From: Candidatus Porifericomitales bacterium
GTDB taxonomy: Bacteria > Pseudomonadota > Gammaproteobacteria > CBDEFV01
NCBI GenBank assembly: GCA_965237735.1
Contig: CBDEFV010000007.1
Span: 143,305 to 207,304 of the forward strand
Length of the DNA: 64,000 nt
Reading direction: 5' to 3'
Shown here: positions 48,493 through 58,756 of the stretch, piece after piece
Layout of the letters: each line of letters begins with the position of its first letter
How positions within the stretch are numbered: the stretch's first letter is position 1
Notes under the pieces: generated by a model
The model's input: the letters and a program-made list of their open reading frames with translations, nothing else
The model's database searches: none
What the model was told of the DNA's origin: nothing
Program-made: the position numbers and the translations under genes

Positions 48493-50507
48493 CCATTTCA
48501 AAGCTGACGTCCGCGGATCTTCATGCCGTGGACAGCCTGATGAAAAGTAACAGTAAGACGCTTGGCTTCCTCCCCCGAGAGGTCCTTCTCTACTTTCTTA
48601 AAAAAGAGAGTGTGTTGGGTACCAAGACTGATGATGGGCAACTCATTGGCTATCTTCTCTATGCGTCTTACCCAAACTATATCCGTATCACCCAACTTTG
48701 TGTGTCAGAAACCTTTCGAGGTCAAGACTGGGGAAAACAGCTTTTTGAGGAACTAAGAAAATCCGTTACTACTCAAAAAGACATACGGCTTCACTGCCGT
48801 AATGATTTTCCGACAAATCACATGTGGAGTCATCTGGGGTTTATTCCTCTGGGTGAAAAGCCTGGACGCTCTGCTTCCGGGCATCCTCTGACGCATTGGC
48901 ACTTTACTTTAGCCCGCGATGATCAGCTCAGTCTGTTTCAGGCAAAAGTGTCGGATGATGCCCATGATGTTGCTATCGATGCTCAAGTTTTCTTTGATTT
49001 TGACGAACCTGATAGTGCCAGGATAGCACCCTCCCAAGCGTTGTTTCACGATTTTTCGGATGATTTTCTCAGACTCTGGACAACCGATGAACTGTTTGTC
49101 GAAATTCACCGTGGAAAAGATCCAGATCGGCGCTTCCAATCACGGCAAGAAGTTCATCGGCGGCTAAGAAAGATAGAGCACAAGCGACCATTGGCTGAGC
49201 ACTTTGAGGAAGTCTTAAAGGGAATATTGCCAGTTGCTGGTAGTGAGAGCCGACTATCTGATATTCGGCATATAGCGAAGGTGGCCGCTTCTGATGTAAA
49301 GACTTTTGTTACCTGCGACAGAGCCCTTGGGGGAAAGGCCGACGATATTGCCGATAAGACAGGTGTGCGGGTGCTACAACCAACCGAACTGATTATTCGA
49401 CTTCACAAATTTTCCAAGCCAGAATCCTATAGGTCTACTCGGATCTCTGGTTCCGGTCTCATATTTTGCCGCTTGGATGCCGATAACCTCAGCCACCTTC
49501 CATACGATTCGCTACTTTATGAAGGAGAAAGGAGAGGCCCGTTCAAGGAAAAACTGAATGCTTTTCTTGCAGAGCCTGATCATTACAGATGCGAACTCCT
49601 TCAGTCCGAGGGGGAGACTGTTGCAATCCGTATTCTTACGAGCAACTCGAAAAAGACGTTGTCCATAAAATTAGCCAGAGTTGCACGTTCTGCTGCTCAA
49701 ATGCGGGAGCTCTTCGATCGGTTTTTAATAACAGACACCGTTTCTCAGGCTGTAGAAAAAAAGCTGAGTATGGTGAAGATTGAGAAAGATGCTATTTCTA
49801 CCAGAATGATGACGGGTCTTTACGAGATGGGCTTTACGGAATATAATGGCGATTTCGTGAGGTTTTGTTTTTCACAGTGCCTTGATCGTGAAGAAGCACT
49901 CGACGAGATTTCTGCCTTGCACCCTGAGTCAAAAGAAGCATATTTCAAGATGCAAGGCCCTGATCTTGAACGATGCTGCTCCCCCCTTAGCCTGAAAACA
50001 TCTGATCAGCCGTGCTTTTTAATGCCGATTCGTCCTGGTTATGCAGAGAGCCTTGTTGACCCAGAGCGATCAGCCGGCAGTCTCTTGGGAGGAGTGCCCA
50101 GTGTGTTGCTGAGTTGGTATAACATATATTATCGAAAGAAAAACCGACATAAAATGTTTGGGGCACCCGGGCGGATTCTGTGGTATGTAACTGCCCCCGA
50201 AAAGTGTCTTGTGGCTATTTCACATCTTGATGCTGTTGAGGTGGGTGTTCCGAAAGATCTATTCAGGAAGTTCAAAAAGCACGGCATTCTGGAGTGGGAA
50301 GAGCTTTATGAGATGTGTAATAAGGATGTTTCGAATGAGATTATGGCATTGAAATTCTCCCACACGTTTCCTTTTCGAAAACGCATTTCATTGGATAAAT
50401 TGCGGTGTATTTTCAAGAAGGACCTAGTTGGTTTTTCGGTTCAGGCCCCACTGAGGGTGCCGATAGAAACATTTCAAAAAGTATTCCAACACGGGTACCT
50501 GGAGTAG
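48489..50507 (+). CDS. GNAT-family N-acetyltransferase domain fused to a ~500-aa domain of unknown function
   Basis: N-terminal GNAT fold with motif A (ITQLCVSETFRGQDWGKQLFEEL). The remainder has no recognisable motif. Its start overlaps the methyltransferase stop (ATGA). Confidence 0.6.
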   Translation: MTISKLTSADLHAVDSLMKSNSKTLGFLPREVLLYFLKKESVLGTKTDDGQLIGYLLYASYPNYIRITQLCVSETFRGQDWGKQLFEELRKSVTTQKDIRLHCRNDFPTNHMWSHLGFIPLGEKPGRSASGHPLTHWHFTLARDDQLSLFQAKVSDDAHDVAIDAQVFFDFDEPDSARIAPSQALFHDFSDDFLRLWTTDELFVEIHRGKDPDRRFQSRQEVHRRLRKIEHKRPLAEHFEEVLKGILPVAGSESRLSDIRHIAKVAASDVKTFVTCDRALGGKADDIADKTGVRVLQPTELIIRLHKFSKPESYRSTRISGSGLIFCRLDADNLSHLPYDSLLYEGERRGPFKEKLNAFLAEPDHYRCELLQSEGETVAIRILTSNSKKTLSIKLARVARSAAQMRELFDRFLITDTVSQAVEKKLSMVKIEKDAISTRMMTGLYEMGFTEYNGDFVRFCFSQCLDREEALDEISALHPESKEAYFKMQGPDLERCCSPLSLKTSDQPCFLMPIRPGYAESLVDPERSAGSLLGGVPSVLLSWYNIYYRKKNRHKMFGAPGRILWYVTAPEKCLVAISHLDAVEVGVPKDLFRKFKKHGILEWEELYEMCNKDVSNEIMALKFSHTFPFRKRISLDKLRCIFKKDLVGFSVQAPLRVPIETFQKVFQHGYLE

Positions 50508-50521
50508 TTGTGAAAACGATA

Positions 50522-50980
50522 ATGATCCCTTTGCTGCTCTCTCTGAAACCTCGCTATGCGCAACTCGTTTTCAATGGCAAAAAAACTGCTGAACTGCGAC
50601 GGCAAATTGCTTCCCGCATGGAAAACCGCGACGTGTTTATTTACGTTTCCGGCCCGGTCAAGCAGCTTCAAGGCCGCTTTCGTGTTGAGAAGGTATGGAG
50701 CGGATCACCAGGGGAGGTTTGGAAGCATGTGTCCAAGCTTGCAGGAGTCAATAAGGAAGATTTTGATGCTTATTATGCTGGACGAGAGATTGCCCATGCT
50801 CTGGAAATAACTAATATTTTGAAGTACGAAAAACCCGCCAACCTAAGAGCGCTGAAGAAACAATTTCCGGATTTTGTTGTTCCGCAGTCTTGGAGATACG
50901 TTAAACCTGAAGAACACCGGTCTTTCAAAAGCAAGAAATTAATCCCACAAATCTGGTACAGAGAGTCGAGAGCCTCATAA
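50522..50980 (+). CDS. ASCH (PUA-like) domain protein
   Basis: MIPLLLSLKPRYAQLVFNGKKTAELRRQ...DVFIYVSGPVKQLQGRFRVEKVW fits the ASCH beta-barrel pattern (compare YqfB-like proteins). Begins 15 nt after the GNAT-fusion stop. Confidence 0.55.
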   Translation: MIPLLLSLKPRYAQLVFNGKKTAELRRQIASRMENRDVFIYVSGPVKQLQGRFRVEKVWSGSPGEVWKHVSKLAGVNKEDFDAYYAGREIAHALEITNILKYEKPANLRALKKQFPDFVVPQSWRYVKPEEHRSFKSKKLIPQIWYRESRAS

Positions 50981-51530
50981 AGGTATTCCAAATCATTCTT
51001 TGCTCCTGAATGTAAAACCTTATTCAATAGAGAACAAACACAGTCTGATGCCTGAGGTGGAACCATGATAGACATTGCCTTCGAATTTACCGGGAAATTG
51101 CAGGTATTTTCAGGAAAGCCCCCTGGTACTTCGTCTCGCTCCCCAAAGACGAGGCTCAAAGGGTATATTTTTTCCGTGAAGAAAGCCGGGGCTTTGGCTC
51201 TTTCAGGGTTCAGGCCAAAATTGGCCGCACGGAGTGGAACACATCCATTTTTCGAGATAACAAGAGGGATACGTATCTGCTGTTTATCAAGGCCGCTGTA
51301 CGCTCGGCTGAAAACATCAGGGTCGGCGATGAGGTGCGGGTTCATATTCGGTTACTGTAAATGCATGCCCCGAACAAAACACTATCGGCAAAGCACCTTC
51401 AGGCAGCCCGCTACTCGCACTACCCCGGATTTTGCCCAAAACCACTTGACTGCAGCACCGCTGTATACTATACTTAGATTTAATCAATGCAAGACCCCGT
51501 GCTCTGAAAGCATGATCGTGATCACAAAGA

Positions 51531-52931
51531 TTGCGTGAAGAATGGTGGGAGGCTTCCATTAATGGCCTCGCAAAACTCTACTTCCAGGTGCAGTTTATGA
51601 TGAAGGGTATTCCCCAGCTATCTGTTTCTAAGGAGATCAGAAGCTTTCAATCCTATGATCCAAAAGCTGTTCACTTGTTTCACTATGAAGCAAAGGGGCA
51701 AGACAAATTACCGCATGTAGTGAAGTTTTCGGGCGGGCGCTCAAGCGGCATGCTGTTGCTCATTCTTCTTGAGGCTGGAATCCTTAAAGCGGCCAGAGGC
51801 GATGTGATTGTTTTCAACAACACCTCAGCCGAGCACCCGGCAACCTATGAGTTCACGAAGAAGTTTAAGGAGATGGTGGAGAAGGACTATGAGATTCCAT
51901 TCTTCTGGATAGAATCCCAGACCTATGAAGATGCCAGAAACGGCGAATGGAATCGGCTGTTTTCGTATAGGTTGGTGCAGCCTGAGCCCTATTCAGAAAC
52001 CAACCCCGACGGTTATCACTGGCGTGGAGAGGTCTTTGAAGAATTGCTCTCAGGGAAAGGGTATGTGCCCAATCAATTCAACCGAGTGTGCACAGCCAGC
52101 CTGAAACTGGAAACAACCCGTGCTTTCCTTAAGGACTGGTTTGCAAATAAGCCTGGCATAGCGCGTTTAGGCCACTATGGAGATAAAAGCCGCCTCAACG
52201 ATGACACCCTTTATCAACGCCATCGGAGAAATCAAGGAGATATGCCAAGGGATGTTTTTCTTGAAAAAAAATCATTTGTCCGAAGCAGGCCCGTATTTCG
52301 CCCTGAGCAGTTGTTTGGTGACTTTTCCAAAGCGGCAGTTCCTTTTGAAAACAAAATACTTGAAGGACGACAACTCGGTGGCAATGCCTACTTTGGCCAA
52401 GATGGCGTTGAGTACATTTCTTTCATCGGTATCCGCTATGATGAAATGCACCGTGTTGTTAAAATCCGCGAACGAAACTCCGGCGAGACAGGAACATCTG
52501 GATACGAAGGCGAATATATTCATATGCCTCTCTCGGTCATGGGCATTACTCAAAAAAATGTTAATGATTTCTGGCGCGAGCAGCCATGGGATTTAAGACT
52601 TGACGCAGAGGATGGTTTATCGAATTGCACCTACTGCTTCCTTAAGGGTGCAAGAGGTTTGCAAAAGGTTAGATCCAAACTACAAAAGAGCCTTCCAAAG
52701 AGTTGGGTTCAAACACCTTCAGATATCGCTTGGTGGGTATCCATGGAACGGAAATATGGCCGGGATATGAAGAGAGAAAAACGCAAGCTGCGTAAAAATG
52801 GAACTGATTTTATTGGATTCTTCGGGTCGGACAACAGATTTTCGTACAAATTACTGGCGAACGACACTCATAGAGACAGGATTGTGGCCCAAAATGCCGA
52901 CAGCATGTTGCCGTGCGATTGTACTGATTAG
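51531..52931 (+). CDS. PAPS-reductase-like PP-loop ATP pyrophosphatase (DndC/SspD-like)
   Basis: PP-loop variant VVKFSGGRSSGMLLLILLEAG (compare SGGKDS in DndC/CysH). C-terminal Cys motif NCTYCFLKG. Possible alternative start at MMKGIPQ (51597). Confidence 0.6.
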   Translation: MREEWWEASINGLAKLYFQVQFMMKGIPQLSVSKEIRSFQSYDPKAVHLFHYEAKGQDKLPHVVKFSGGRSSGMLLLILLEAGILKAARGDVIVFNNTSAEHPATYEFTKKFKEMVEKDYEIPFFWIESQTYEDARNGEWNRLFSYRLVQPEPYSETNPDGYHWRGEVFEELLSGKGYVPNQFNRVCTASLKLETTRAFLKDWFANKPGIARLGHYGDKSRLNDDTLYQRHRRNQGDMPRDVFLEKKSFVRSRPVFRPEQLFGDFSKAAVPFENKILEGRQLGGNAYFGQDGVEYISFIGIRYDEMHRVVKIRERNSGETGTSGYEGEYIHMPLSVMGITQKNVNDFWREQPWDLRLDAEDGLSNCTYCFLKGARGLQKVRSKLQKSLPKSWVQTPSDIAWWVSMERKYGRDMKREKRKLRKNGTDFIGFFGSDNRFSYKLLANDTHRDRIVAQNADSMLPCDCTD

Positions 52932-53140
52932 GAACAAGCTCTGCAAACAAAGGGCATTCAGACAACGGTAACAATGGATAAAAGCAAAGTAGCGAGGCCT
53001 GATCTCCACTTTAATCGCAGTGACAAAGTGGTTGATTCTATGCCGATCGGAACAACTGCATATGGCAATGATCCAACCATAGTCGTCAGTGAATTCCTAC
53101 AAAACTCAGAAGTTTCAGTCACCTTCTGCCTGGATCAGGC

Positions 53141-55153
53141 ATGACATCAGATATCCGACCGGACCTTCTCTTTGGGCTTGGTGCAAGCACCGGCTTTTCT
53201 TCCTCGGGAGTCGCATCGTTCGACGATCTTCGCCCTGCTGCCGTGGTGCGGGAGCTCATACAGAATTCTCTTGATGCCGCACGCGAGGCCAAAACCAGTC
53301 CTGCTGTCGTTCGCTTCCGACTCAGGCGCATTGATCAAAAACAGATTCCCGGCATCAAGGCTTACAAAGCGGCTTTTTGTAAGGCTATTAAGCGACAGCA
53401 TGACTCAGAGACCAACACCCTTCACGGCCAGGCCCAACTCACTGTAGATCAGATAGAAACTGCTCTCAACGAAGAGCGACTGGATGTTCTCTCCATCATG
53501 GATAACGGCGGCGGGATCGATAACCGACGGATGGATGCGCTTCTCAGCGACGGCGTCAGCGCCAAGGAAGGTCAGGCTACCGGCACGTACGGGAATGGCC
53601 ACTTCACAGCCATTCCCGCATCCAACCTGCGCTATATCCTCTACGGAGGAGTTATCGCCGACGGCAGCCGAATCGGTTCTGGACACGCCATTCTTGCCTC
53701 TCACATCGGGCTGGAAGAGGAAGAACATCTCCGGGGCGCCGACGGGTTCTTCATCCGTGGCTTCCAAGCCACTTCAGACACACTCTACGAATACGCGGAT
53801 GATCAGGACATTCCAGACCTGATCAGCCAAGACTTAACAGACATCAAATCTCATTCCGGACACGGCACGACCGTCATCATCACAGCCTTCAACCATTTTC
53901 TGGAAGACCGGGGCCGGTCTCTCTGGAATATGGTGTCGGAAGCGGCCTCGGCCAACTTTTTCATTGCGATCGCAAATGATCATCTCAAAGTTATTGTCGA
54001 GGACCTTCGAGATGAGCAACACTCCGAACCCCAGACTCTGGATCGCTCCACCCTTCGAGATGTACTGACTGAACACCAAGGGAAAAAACGGTCAGCCGCT
54101 TTTCTCAGCGGCAGACGGGCCTTTGACGCTCACAGGGCATTCCAATCCGGCAAAGTACACGACGTTGAGACCGACGCAGGCGAAGTCGTCGTCCACCTTC
54201 AGGAAAAAGCTTCCGGGACCACCCATATAGACCTTTGCCGGAACGGAATGTGGATCACCGACGACAAGAGCATTCCAATCTTCCGCTACAAGTTCACGGC
54301 TCGAGCTCCATTCCATGCAGTACTCTCCCTGAACCCGGATGGGGGACGCGACCTCTACAATCTGATCCGCCTTGCGGAAGGACCGTTGCACGATTCGATC
54401 CGGCTCAAGCGCCTCCCACCGGGAAAGAAGAAATGCCTTCAAGGCGCGCTCATACAGATCCGTGACTGGATTCTTGACAACACGACGCCCATCCAATCCG
54501 ATGCCTACTCCCCGGACGACTTCTTTACGTCTGATTTCGGCGACAATGCGGGTGGTGGAAACGGCAAGTCTCGAAAAACGTATTGGGCGCGAACGCCCGT
54601 TGCTGCCAAACGGCGCCCGGCACGCAAATTGCACCCGCCTTCCCCCGGCGAGAAGGAACCGGGAACGCCTGAACCCGAGAACCGCCCCGGGCAAAGGAGA
54701 AATTCAAATGCCAACCGGGCCAGACAAAGACCGTCGCTTCCTGCGCTATTTCGGGCTGCTTCACTCTCCATCGGCGAACACCGCCGCCGTATCGTGGTTG
54801 AGTGCATTGAGGACTACACCGATACCGAACTGCGTCTCGTGGTTGATGAAGCTCTGGATGTAACCTGTGATCGCCCCAATCAGGATGACTATGCCCCAGC
54901 GACCCTCGAAAATGTCACAGTTGATGGCAAACCGGCCTCCCCCGAAAGCCTATGCACATTGGACGGCCGTGTCATCGGCATCCGTCTGGGCAACCTCAAA
55001 GCTGGATCGTCGATTGAGGTCGAAACGGACTACGCTCTTTCTGGAGACTTCCACGGTCTTCCCGACCCCTCGCTCCGTGCCGAACTCTTCAGGTCCCGAA
55101 CGAAACCAGAAGCCGATGGCCAGAACAACAACAAGGACGGCGATACGCAATGA
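53141..55153 (+). CDS. GHKL-superfamily (histidine-kinase/MutL/MORC-like) ATPase
   Basis: Bergerat-fold motifs: N-box VVRELIQNSLDAAREA, G1 box VLSIMDNGGGID, G2 TGTYGNGHF. 670 aa. Overlaps the next gene by 4 nt. Confidence 0.7.
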   Translation: MTSDIRPDLLFGLGASTGFSSSGVASFDDLRPAAVVRELIQNSLDAAREAKTSPAVVRFRLRRIDQKQIPGIKAYKAAFCKAIKRQHDSETNTLHGQAQLTVDQIETALNEERLDVLSIMDNGGGIDNRRMDALLSDGVSAKEGQATGTYGNGHFTAIPASNLRYILYGGVIADGSRIGSGHAILASHIGLEEEEHLRGADGFFIRGFQATSDTLYEYADDQDIPDLISQDLTDIKSHSGHGTTVIITAFNHFLEDRGRSLWNMVSEAASANFFIAIANDHLKVIVEDLRDEQHSEPQTLDRSTLRDVLTEHQGKKRSAAFLSGRRAFDAHRAFQSGKVHDVETDAGEVVVHLQEKASGTTHIDLCRNGMWITDDKSIPIFRYKFTARAPFHAVLSLNPDGGRDLYNLIRLAEGPLHDSIRLKRLPPGKKKCLQGALIQIRDWILDNTTPIQSDAYSPDDFFTSDFGDNAGGGNGKSRKTYWARTPVAAKRRPARKLHPPSPGEKEPGTPEPENRPGQRRNSNANRARQRPSLPALFRAASLSIGEHRRRIVVECIEDYTDTELRLVVDEALDVTCDRPNQDDYAPATLENVTVDGKPASPESLCTLDGRVIGIRLGNLKAGSSIEVETDYALSGDFHGLPDPSLRAELFRSRTKPEADGQNNNKDGDTQ

Positions 55154-56019
55154 CAAAATCCCACAGTATTGATGTAGCCGTACCGGAACCTTCCAACTTG
55201 ATCCGGTTCCAGCGCCACCCCGTACTCGAATCCGGTAATCTCTCGTTTCCCAAGGGCCAATACACGCTTGACTTCGAACCAGGCACTGATCGAACCTCCT
55301 TCTTCATCACCCATCAGGTCCACGGCGCCCCTCTGATTACCCGCTTGCTGGAGGCTGGGAAAGCCCTGTTTGCCTGTATCGTATCGTCTCCAATCTCCTC
55401 GTATCGCCAAACCCATACTTCCGACGGTGCCCGGCACGAAGTGTGCTGCCACCAAAACAATCTCGGCGAACCACCGCTCTTCACTCCGATGATCCTCTGT
55501 ACACAACCCCTTGCCATTACTCTGGACGTCGCCCGCGACGGCCTTCACAATATCTGGGAGGGTCAGCCTGTTACGTTGCAGAAAGGGTCCCGCTTGGCCT
55601 TGGGCAGCGTCATCCAGTTGGAAACGTCGAGAAAAAGCCTTCTTTCCCTGCGCGAGGACACGAAACTGAAGGACGGCCAGTTTGTCGTTAACATTGAGAC
55701 GGAGCCGTTCCTTTTTGTCGTCAATCTCAGTACTGATCTTCACCGGTACTTGCAGCATAACCGGACCGAGCACCGCAGCAATATTATGACGCACATCGTG
55801 ACCGCTTGCCTCGCTCGTCTTCAGCGGAACTTCCACGAAGACGACGATGAATCGGGCTGGAAATCCCACAGCAATCTCCGTGCATTTGCGGATCACCTTG
55901 AAGATAAGGGATTGGGCCATTGGACCGACGATGATTTCCAGCCTGAGCAGGCTGCAACAGTGCTGCACCCGCATGTTCTGCCGACCATTGAATCGGCGGA
56001 TGAAACCGAAAACACATGA
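55150..56019 (+). CDS. Hypothetical protein (289 aa) within the GHKL-DUF262 gene cluster
   Basis: Linked to both neighbours by ATGA overlaps. No recognisable motif. Confidence 0.6.
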   Translation: MTKSHSIDVAVPEPSNLIRFQRHPVLESGNLSFPKGQYTLDFEPGTDRTSFFITHQVHGAPLITRLLEAGKALFACIVSSPISSYRQTHTSDGARHEVCCHQNNLGEPPLFTPMILCTQPLAITLDVARDGLHNIWEGQPVTLQKGSRLALGSVIQLETSRKSLLSLREDTKLKDGQFVVNIETEPFLFVVNLSTDLHRYLQHNRTEHRSNIMTHIVTACLARLQRNFHEDDDESGWKSHSNLRAFADHLEDKGLGHWTDDDFQPEQAATVLHPHVLPTIESADETENT

Positions 56020-56930
56020 ACGGGTTCAAAGAACTCTCTGACATCGAATACACCCGATTGCGGCAGAACCTGCTGCGTTTGAAAGGGAGCGAAAAACAAC
56101 GGAATTTTCTCGAAGAAGCACGCAATACCGGCGCTTTCTTGAACCGCATGGAAAAGATCCCCACCGTCGGCTCCACTGAGGCTGAGCTCGCTCCATCAAA
56201 GATGACTGAAAACGAATTCAAAGAACCTCCTCCTGACACGGAGGCCGCGCTTTACAACGCATGGACGGCGCTTCCGCCCGCGACCGCCTGTCGTTCCACA
56301 TTCTGGGCCAATCTCACACTTCGTCATATCCGGCACGGGTATATCCAATCGACCTTCCTGGCTGCCAACGGTGGCAAACACCTCGGAGGTGCCGAGCACA
56401 TCGACTCGGTTCTGCAGGATTCCACGGCACAGGCCGCCGAACGTATTGACCGGTGCGTCCGCGCCATCCTGCGGCGGCTCGGCGGCCTGCCTGAGATCCG
56501 CGGCAATCGGTCTGTCTACGTGGACTGTCCACTGGCCCGGGCCTGGTGGCGTGAGCGCTGGGTTGAGCAAGCTGCCCAAGGAGACCCGAAGCTCGCTGGG
56601 AAAATACGAGCAGTTGTCCGGATCAAACAAAACTACTGGGAAAAATTCGTCGACCGGATCGTGTTCAGAAATTCCACGTTCGGTTCTGAGAATATTCGAA
56701 ATGCCTTTCTGAGATCGCTGGCACGATTTCTTCAGTCCAACCCAGACTCGCAACTGCGAGAAACCAAAGATCTTCAGCGCCTCTGTCGACGCACCACCGC
56801 ATACCAGGGGCGACAGGAACTAAGCATCCTCACTGATGAGGAACTCGACGCAATTATGGCGGACGTTATTGAGAAGACGTCGAACATCACCCAGCACAAT
56901 CCACAATCAAACAAGAGAGGCAGCACATGA
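56016..56930 (+). CDS. Hypothetical protein (304 aa) within the GHKL-DUF262 gene cluster
   Basis: Linked to both neighbours by ATGA overlaps. No recognisable motif. Confidence 0.6.
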   Translation: MNGFKELSDIEYTRLRQNLLRLKGSEKQRNFLEEARNTGAFLNRMEKIPTVGSTEAELAPSKMTENEFKEPPPDTEAALYNAWTALPPATACRSTFWANLTLRHIRHGYIQSTFLAANGGKHLGGAEHIDSVLQDSTAQAAERIDRCVRAILRRLGGLPEIRGNRSVYVDCPLARAWWRERWVEQAAQGDPKLAGKIRAVVRIKQNYWEKFVDRIVFRNSTFGSENIRNAFLRSLARFLQSNPDSQLRETKDLQRLCRRTTAYQGRQELSILTDEELDAIMADVIEKTSNITQHNPQSNKRGST

Positions 56931-58756
56931 CCCAGCCGGAACCGGCGAGGTATTACCAAAGAAGCATTGATGATTGGCTGCGGAAAGCCGAACAAGGCGA
57001 TATCGCATTGCCGACATTCCAACGGAGTCATGTGTGGAAGAGCAGGCAATCGATTGCCGATTACATTTCCGCCCTGTTCCAAAATCGACCTACCGGACTT
57101 TTTCTTGTCCTGAAAACCGGTGGTAGCCCGGAATTCCCATCCCGACCCCTGAAAGGAATTTCTCCCAAGGCCGAAAACGTGAAGGAATTACTCCTTGACG
57201 GACAACAACGCCTCACGTCAATTTGGCAAGTTCTCAACGGTACTGCCACTGCTCACTTCTACGTCAGAGTCCATGAATTCTCAGAAGACATCTCCGTCGA
57301 CTCAGTTTTCTGGCCTGATAATCCTAAATACCGCAGAATACTGAAAAACCCCAAGGAAGCCTACCGAGAGAACGCGGTGCCTCTCAACATCCTCTGGGAC
57401 AAGACGGCAGGCAGGGGCAAAATCTGGGATTGGTGCAATCAGGCACAAGGGGACTCGTCGGATGCGGCCCGGGAACTTGAGGACGTGATCAATGCCATTC
57501 GGCAAGAGTTTCTCCTGAAGAGATATCTCCAGTACTGTGAGTTGCCGGCTGAAACCAGCAGGGAAACTGCGATCGACATCTTCGTACAATCCAACAAGTC
57601 ATCTGTCAAAGTCAGCGGATTCGATATTGCCGTGGCTCTGGCGACAGAAAAAGGAGACGACGATGCAGGCTTGCGCGAACAACTCTCCCACTTCCATGAA
57701 AGAAGTGACATAACCCGCCACTACATCCCGCATGCAAGTAACGACCCGGAGGTAGCAATTACTCCGCTTGGCGAATGGATGCTTTTTGCCGGCTGCCTTA
57801 CTCAACGCCCCCCGCTTTCTCCCAAGAGACAGCACTACGAGAAAGTCGTTATGGAACTTGTCAAAGATTCTCCTTCCGATGGGAAAAGTCGGTTTGATGA
57901 ATTGCTCGCCTCTGTCCAATGGGCATTGTCCATTCTTGCGGACCACGGTGCGCCGACGAGATCATCGCTCCCCTCATTACCCCCGCTACATGTTCTGTCC
58001 GGTCTCAGCAAAAAGCTGCAACTCCTTTATAGCCGAAGGCCCGTGATTAAACGCCTTACCCAAAGCCTGGTTTCCGCCTATATATGGCGCGCATTCCTCA
58101 CGAAGCGGTATGAGGCAAGCGCCAACGACAAGCTTTTCGAAGACTTCAGCAAACTGGATGCCTGTCTTGACAAAATTTCCAGTGACGGAGACTTTGACTG
58201 GGAACCTAACGACCTGCCACCCATCTTCAATCTCGAAGACTACCCGGTTCCAGATGCAGAAACTCTGGGCAGTCTTGATCGCCCACTGCCATGGCTCGGA
58301 TTAACCGACCGTCTCGGGCGCGCAATCGGATCGGTCTCGCTGAACAGCGACCCCGTTGACTGGGCCACGGGCGAAAAGTTAACTTGTCAATCTGTGCGTA
58401 AACTGGAAAGCAAGTCCAAACTGGATCGACATCACATTTTTCCGAAAGCGTTGTTACAGGAACACGAATTTAATCGAAAGCAAATTGATCATGCACTTAA
58501 CGGCATACTACTGAGCAAGTCTTCAAATAACGACTTTTCCCGTTCCGACCCCAAGGAATACCTCTCATCTCTTCTTGAACAACGATCCGGACCGACCGAA
58601 AAACAATTACGCGACTGGGTCCAATCCCATTTAGTTCCCTACGATGCCCTCATGGCTGAAGGTACGGTAGAAACCCGCTACCGCGACTTTATAAAAGCAA
58701 GAGCTGAACTCCTCGCCAAAAAGATCCAGGAATTGACCAATCCGAGGACACCGTAA
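56927..58756 (+). CDS. DUF262 (ParB-like NTPase) plus DUF1524 (His-Me/HNH nuclease) protein; GmrSD / SspE-like modification-dependent endonuclease
   Basis: N-terminal DUF262 signature IALPTFQRSHVWKSRQSIADYISALF. C-terminal DUF1524 signature KLDRHHIFPKALLQEH..NGILLSKSSN. 609 aa. Confidence 0.8.
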   Translation: MTQPEPARYYQRSIDDWLRKAEQGDIALPTFQRSHVWKSRQSIADYISALFQNRPTGLFLVLKTGGSPEFPSRPLKGISPKAENVKELLLDGQQRLTSIWQVLNGTATAHFYVRVHEFSEDISVDSVFWPDNPKYRRILKNPKEAYRENAVPLNILWDKTAGRGKIWDWCNQAQGDSSDAARELEDVINAIRQEFLLKRYLQYCELPAETSRETAIDIFVQSNKSSVKVSGFDIAVALATEKGDDDAGLREQLSHFHERSDITRHYIPHASNDPEVAITPLGEWMLFAGCLTQRPPLSPKRQHYEKVVMELVKDSPSDGKSRFDELLASVQWALSILADHGAPTRSSLPSLPPLHVLSGLSKKLQLLYSRRPVIKRLTQSLVSAYIWRAFLTKRYEASANDKLFEDFSKLDACLDKISSDGDFDWEPNDLPPIFNLEDYPVPDAETLGSLDRPLPWLGLTDRLGRAIGSVSLNSDPVDWATGEKLTCQSVRKLESKSKLDRHHIFPKALLQEHEFNRKQIDHALNGILLSKSSNNDFSRSDPKEYLSSLLEQRSGPTEKQLRDWVQSHLVPYDALMAEGTVETRYRDFIKARAELLAKKIQELTNPRTP

